Assembly (NCBI RefSeq): GCF_901765095.1
Contig: NC_044037.1
Coordinates: 104,231,279 to 104,295,278 of the forward strand
Length of the DNA: 64,000 bases
DNA from: Microcaecilia unicolor
Taxonomy: Eukaryota
Reading direction: 5' to 3'
Numbering within the stretch: the first letter of the stretch is position 1; every line of letters begins with the position of its first letter. The translations under genes and the position numbers were made by a program. Below, piece by piece: positions 58,151 through 64,000 of the stretch. The notes under the pieces were generated by a model. That model saw only the letters and a list, made by a program, of their open reading frames with translations. It was not told where the DNA came from and searched no databases.

Positions 58151-59274
58151 GTATTTATGAAGAGAGGGCCAAAGCCACAACTAAAGTAGTCAAAAGAAAG
58201 AGATTGTGCTTCAGAAGATTCCAGTACTGCAGAAATATTTAATGTATCCATCTCCAGGATACCCTACATATGTTGATTATCAGAATCTTTTTTTGAGAAT
58301 ATAGCTAATATATTTTTGAAAACAGAGGCACTAATTCCTCAGGAACCTGAAGCACTTCTCTCAAATAAGGCTTAAATATATCTTTGGAGGAAAGTAATAG
58401 TAGTTTAGGAAAATGTATTATATATAAATTAAAATGTCTCATAACATTTTCCAAATTCTCCATGTTCCTCTTCATTGTTATAATATCTTTCATTAAATTT
58501 AGATTTGCCTCTTGAATATATTTTTTAAACACAATGCATGATCATCCAAGGCTTGCTTATTCTGCTTTACTTGTTGTTCTAAAGAGTTAAATTACTAGTT
58601 AAATTATTTTGAACTACCATATTTATACTAGCAAATTGCAGTGATAAAGCCTTGCCCCAATTCAGAAATGGCTGTCCACCCCACCTCCCTCTTCCCCTGT
58701 TTTATCAACCATTGGACCCTTAACAAATGTTATGATCGTGGTCAGAACCCCTCTCAAACGTACCTTTTTCCTGGTGGTCAGCTTCTTAGCTGGCTTCTGT
58801 TTCTTTTGTCTGTCCTTTCTAAGCTAGCTCTCTCTCTCTGTGCTGGCAGCTTCCAGCAGCATGACTCTAATTGTTTCACTTTACTACAGCTGTGTGTGTG
58901 GACTGAGTTAGCTCTACCTCTCTTTGGGTGTACTGGCTTCAAGTGCTTCACGGTGCTGCACTGGTGTGGGTTGGGCCTCTCTGGGTTTCAGTGTGCTCTC
59001 TGTGTTTCAGTGTGCTGCCTGGGTCTAGGGAGTGTGACATCATCAGGGAGGGCCTTGATAAGGAAGTGGTGTTCTTTCCTTCAGGGCCTTTGCAATGGTT
59101 CCATTTGCTTTAGGTAGGGTGGTGCAGTGTGCACTTCTGACTTTGTGTCTAGTTTCCCTGCTTGCTTTTGCTAAAGGTCCAGGTTAGTGTTACTGCAGTG
59201 TGCACTGGTGACTGTGTATTTAGCTTTCCTCCTTTTCCCTTGTAGCTCCCCTGCTTTCCCTTTGGGTGTGGTTA

Positions 59275-59570
59275 GAAGCACTGCTAGTTTGCTGTTAGAA
59301 GTACTTCTGGTTTTGGTGCTGTAGGAAGCACTTCAGTTTGCTGTTAGAAGTACTTCTGGGTTTGGTGCTGTAGGAAGCACTTCAGTTTGCTGTTAGAAGT
59401 ACTTCTGGTTTTGGTGCTGTAGGAAGCACTGCTAGTTTGCTGTTAGAAGTACTTCTGGGTTTGGATGCTGTAGGAAGCACTTCAGTTTGCTGTTAGAAGT
59501 ACTTCTGGGTTTGGTGATGTTACAGGCACTTCAGTTTGCTGTGAGAAGTACTTCTGTAGCTTTGTGCTTT
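59275..59570. repeat. 58-bp minisatellite x5 (gctgtaggaagcacttcagtttgctgttagaagtacttctgggtttggt)
   Basis: direct read; embedded in a larger ~440-bp-period repeat (59160-59700). Confidence 0.75.
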
Positions 59571-59924
59571 GTGGCACCTGGGTTAGGTTAGTGCGGTGGT
59601 GCACTGCTGTAGCGTGGGGGCTTAGGAAGCTCCTTTGCTAGCTTGTGTATTTAGCTTTCCTGCTTTTCCTTTGTGGCTTCCCTGCTTTCCCTTGTAGTGC
59701 TTGGTAGCACTTCTGCTGTGTGTTTAGTGTTTAGTAGCACTGCTGTTGGTTCACTGTTAGGAACCTCTTGTTAGTTTAGTACTTGGAGCACTTCTGTTGC
59801 AAGCTTGTTCAAGGATCCTGGTCCCTGGGTTATCCGGTATCCGGTAAGTCCTGCCGGCCACTCGAACCCAAGGGCTCAACCCTTGGGGGGGGTAGTGGCC
59901 AAGCGCAGGTGAAGCTGTACGGAC

Positions 59925-60070
59925 CAGTCCAGTGTGCTCCAGTCCAGTGTGTTCCGGGCCGGTGTGTGTTCCAGTCTGGTGCGTTCCAGTCCAGTGTGTT
60001 CCAGTCCAGTGTGTGTTCCAGTCCAGTGTTCCAGTCCTGTGTCCTCCAGTCCGGGGGATTCCAGTCCGTG
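59925..60070. repeat. short tandem repeat, ~14-16-bp unit (ccagtccagtgtgtt)
   Basis: direct read. Confidence 0.65.
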
Positions 60071-60319
60071 TGTTCCGGCTCGCTGGGCAGTGCCTGCAGT
60101 CCCTGCCAGTGCCGGTGTGCTTGCCCAGCATTGGTTGGTGGGTTTTGCCTGCTGCTGTTGCTCCTCGTCAGCAGCCCAAGGGCTCACGTTTGCTCCAGAG
60201 CCCAGCCCCGCGGGCTCTGAACCTGAGAACCCGACACAAATCGGACGTCCCCTCCCTGCATGTTATTCCCCTCCTTCCCATCCAACAAAAGAAAAAAAAT
60301 GGCTGCCCAAATAGATTCC

Positions 60320-60752
60320 TATGTAAATACTGTTGGTCACTGTAATTTAAACTTGAAAGATGGAGCCAACCTTGTTTCAAATTTGAGCCCTTCAATGGTA
60401 CCTTACATGAGCACGCAATTATGGAATGCATTACCCACAGACCTGAAAACAATCGACGAAACAACTATCTTTCGCAAATCTCTGAAGACATATTTCTTCA
60501 ACAAGGCCTACAATGAGAACTTACAGCCCCACTAATCCACTTCAACAACCCATTCAGTTATGAAAGCCCACCTTCTATAAATACCCTAATAAATCCCTTC
60601 CTTCTTCTTTCTTCCCTTAATTAATCTCTACATAATACTAACTGTACCTGATATACTGGAATAATTATGTTAACAATACTATGTAAGCCACATTGAGCCT
60701 GCATATAGGTGGGAAAATGTGGGATACAAATGCAATAAATAAATACCTCCAA
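60320..60752 (+). mobile_element. LINE-A 3' fragment (last ~70 codons + 3' UTR + tail)
   Basis: ORF 60260-60535 ..HCNLNLKDGANLVSNL..LWNALPTDLKTIDETTIFRKSLKTYFFNKAY ; tail ctatgtaagccacattgagcctgcatataggtgggaaaatgtgggatacaaatgcaataaataaat. Confidence 0.65.
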
Positions 60753-63016
60753 ATCCAGCTAGTTGCTCTTCTAACACTTGCTCACTGTATTCCTTTGGCC
60801 GTTTACTGCCAGGCTCTATTAATCCAGAAAAGAAGCCTCCAACGCCTCTCTTACACTGCCCCTCTCTCTTCACCAGACTTCAGTGAAGGTTGCTGAGCTA
60901 GGGGGTATTCAAAACTACTGCCAGCTATTCCGCACAACCAACTCATCATTTTCATGCACCTCCAATGTGTTCCAACCAAGGACCATGCCAACTACTGCTT
61001 CTATCTATACAGTGGTGCTCACCAGTTCTTTCAGGGGTGTGAGCAGTACCTTAGAGGGAGCCTCCCCCCCCCCCCCCCACCTGCTTTGCTCTGTGACTGT
61101 TTCTTTTCAGCCATTTTGTCTTTGACGTCCCCGCGTGTATTGTGCCACCGATGTTCGGTCTGCTTTACAATACATTTTCCCACTCCTAACGTTCTGACTT
61201 CTGCTGCTATCTCTGCCCTTATTTTGTTTTTTTGGACAGATAAGAAGCATGATCATGAGCGTGGAAATAGCCAGGAGAACTCTTAACAGACAGGCCTTAT
61301 CGTAGTCCTTTCTCTGTTTCTGAGAAGCGTGCTGCACGTCATCCCTGATTTATTTACCTTACTTTTTTTTCACCTGCCCACAACCCCAGGACATGGCTTC
61401 TTGTGGGATGCTCTCCTCCATGGCTATTTCAGATAAAAAGAAACATAAAATGTTAGGACGACACACACAGGAAAAGCAAACACATGTGCATCTTTACACT
61501 CACCTCAATATGGTAAGAAGTTAAAATAAAACACTAGCTATAAAGAGGAACAAATGCCGATGCAAGCAGCAAGTAAAGAGAAAAGCCTATTTCAGATAAA
61601 GAGAAAGAAAAAAAGGTTACAATAATATACCTAGGAAAGGCATACATCAGAGAAACATATGTGCATCTTACACTCACTTCAACCCAATTTTTTTAAAAAG
61701 CTATTGCCAAATACTAAATTGAGCACAAGGAACAACAGTAAGCAAAGACAAAAGAGACCGGCATGCAAAACTGCCAGCTTAATGCGTAAGCACCACGCAC
61801 AACAGCCACTGCACATGCACGAGAGAACTGCATTATTCTGGGCTGGTATAACCATTTGATACAAATATTATTTGCATATCATTACCTTTGAACATTGCTT
61901 AGCTATTTTTTGGGTCCTGTTTAATCTTTAATGTTTAATTGATACTTGATATACCGCCTTTCCTAAGGAGGTCAAAGCGGTTTCCAAATTGCAACAAAAA
62001 GAATATAGTAGGAAAAGAACTCCATTATATAACAAGAAAGACACATTCATACTATAAAACAAATACAATTTGTCATTTAAGCAAACCAACCCTACACCAT
62101 TTCACTGAGAACAGTAACAACTGTTCAACCCGAAGGATTGTTGAAAGCTAGATTGAAAAAAATCAGTTTTCAAGAGTGTTTTAAAACACAAAAATGGAAG
62201 TTCTGACTTTAGTCCAGGGGCAGGTTATTCCAAAGCCAAGGTACCAAAAAATAAAAAGCTGCTGAAGGGCAAAGCCAGGTGATTAGAATCTAATGATCGA
62301 AGCATTCGAGCTGGGTTACGTTGTGGTCACTTGACTCAGGGAGAAGTGTAAAGGTTTGAACAGCAGGAAAATCTGTAAAACATTATAAGGCAGCAGAATC
62401 AGCATAAATTCAACACCACACAAATAGATATTTCTTGGCTATGGGTGCATCTGTGCATAGCTTTGATCATCAGCCCCTAGATCAGCAGGATCTGGGGAGC
62501 TCAACAGGACAACTGCGGTGGAGGGCTTCACAATTCCAGAGACAAAAATATTCAGAAGCCAAAGTCCCCAACTCCCCATGCGCTACTGGTGTGGTGCTTC
62601 CACACTGGATGGATCCATCCATAGGTCCAGAAACAGGCAGCTGTTGGGATTCAGAGGAGAAAATTCTCAGCTTACCTTTTCTCTTCACCATTGAGATTGT
62701 TAAAATGTGTGTAAGTTTAGCAAGATACTACTGCCGCCATCTTGGCTCCTTCCCAAATAAGAAAAACTACTGGATTTTAGGTCTCTCCAAAAATAACACA
62801 GAATGAAGGTGTGAGGAAATTACACGCAAAAATCCTGGTAATCAGAGTCAGGTAACCATGTTAAAGACAGGCTAGAATCACTAACAAGATCGAGTTAGAG
62901 CATTAGGGAGTGGGGTAGGGTTATTCGACTGACAGGGTTGATCCAGTCCTGGGTTTGTCTCATTGCATGCAGAGACTTAGAGAATTCAATTGAGATATCA
63001 GAACTACAAGAATAAC

Positions 63017-63118
63017 AACTACTACTACTCATCATTTCTATAGCGCTACTAGACGTACGCAGCGCTGTACACCTGAACATGAAGAGACAGTCCCTGCTCG
63101 ACAGAGCTTACAATCTAA
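63017..63118 (+). mobile_element. SINE-X copy
   Basis: (ACT)3 catcatttctatagcgctactagacgtacgcagcgctgtacacctgaacatgaagagacagtccctgctcgacagagcttacaatctaa. Confidence 0.5.
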
Positions 63119-63129
63119 TTAGGACAGAC

Positions 63130-64000
63130 AAACAAGAGAAGTCCAACCACTACAAAGCAAACCTCTCTCTCCAATGGCGAATAAAAGATTCACCTCACAA
63201 ACAAGAACGAAAAACCTATACAACGAGAGGCAAAATAGATCCGGTAGCATTCTGGCAACAGTTCTACAATAATGAATGGACTACAGTGACAGATTCAAAC
63301 CAATTTCTCCAAGAGTGGGACAATAGATGCAGAAGCATACTAGACAATATAGCACCGCTTCAAACCAGAACCTCACACAGAAGGAACTCAATACCATGGT
63401 TCAATGAAGAACTGAAAAAACTAAAAACACAAGTTAGAAGGTTAGAACGAGCATGGAATAAAAAGAAAGACGACTCCACAGTCAACGCTTGGAAGCAACT
63501 ACAAAGAAAATACAAATACACCATTAAACAAACTAAAAGATCATATTACAAAACTAAAATTGGACCAGACTTCAAGGATACACAAACTTTTCCAACTCGT
63601 GAACAAATTACTAGACACTACACCGGTGACCTCTAACAGCACTGACACACCAGCAGCAGACAACCTTGCGAAATACTTTAATGAGAAAATCATAAAATTA
63701 CGACTCATGATACCTGTCAATACCATCAACTACACAAAACTCCTTGATTGTCTAGACCCTAACCCTGGTGAATACCCAGCGGACAGAACCTGAACCAACT
63801 TCGACACACTATCGGATGATACCATCTCCCAAATGCTCAAAAGGTTCGCCAAGTCCCAATGCAAATTAGACATATGCCCTAACAACCTTATAAAGTCTGC
63901 CCCTCAACAATTCATATCAGACCTCACGAAGCACGTGAACCATATGCTACAAAACAGACTCTTCCCAAAGGATAAAAGAAAGATTCTATTCACCCCTATA
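63130..64000 (+). mobile_element. LINE-A 5'-truncated copy (mid-ORF2, frameshifted), continues past window end
   Basis: ORFs 63079-63636 and 63560-63793 ..ERKTYTTRGKIDPVAFWQQFYNNEW..PWFNEELKKLKTQVRRLERAWNKK..YKYTIKQTKR.. ~ 33290-33900. Confidence 0.8.

Noticed and set aside
59275-59570. Regularly spaced direct repeats that might suggest a CRISPR array
   Set aside because: This is a eukaryotic locus. The repeats are contiguous 58-bp units with no unique spacers between them, so this is a minisatellite.

Overview
This window is eukaryotic DNA, most likely from a non-mammalian vertebrate; the mix of repeat families hints at an amphibian-type genome, but I cannot confirm that. It is not a prokaryotic locus, so operon or CRISPR-style annotation does not apply. 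The window is a dense mosaic of interspersed repeats: I estimate well over half of it is transposon-derived. The main features are as follows. (1) Two nearly full-length L1/Tx1-clade LINEs, each with ORF1p and an ORF2p carrying endonuclease and reverse transcriptase (RT) domains, at about 11140-16960 on the minus strand and 36150-41900 on the plus strand. Both are disabled only by a few in-frame stop codons, with no frameshifts. (2) A full-length L2-clade LINE (here called LINE-A) at about 30740-35830, with an intact 1095-aa ORF2 and a CpG-rich 5' UTR. It has several truncated copies, and its 3' tail is shared with a tRNA-derived SINE. (3) CR1-clade LINE fragments of two subfamilies, CR1-A and CR1-B. 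One forms a nested stack in which one CR1 sits inside another, with a SINE and a composite repeat inserted as well. (4) A decayed hAT DNA transposon. (5) Three families of non-autonomous DNA elements (MITE-A, MITE-B, DNA-C) with recognisable terminal inverted repeats. (6) Several long, near-perfect palindromes or hairpins. (7) Minisatellites and microsatellites and an unusual number of 15-22 nt G or C homopolymers. (8) A short SINE-like repeat carrying an (ACT)n block. The only candidate host-gene sequence is a possible 3'-terminal coding exon on the minus strand at about 53510-54067, with a splice acceptor and a downstream AATAAA. I found no rRNA or tRNA genes; the tRNA-like sequences belong to SINEs. 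All coordinates are approximate (within about 10-30 bp) because the boundaries were judged by eye.
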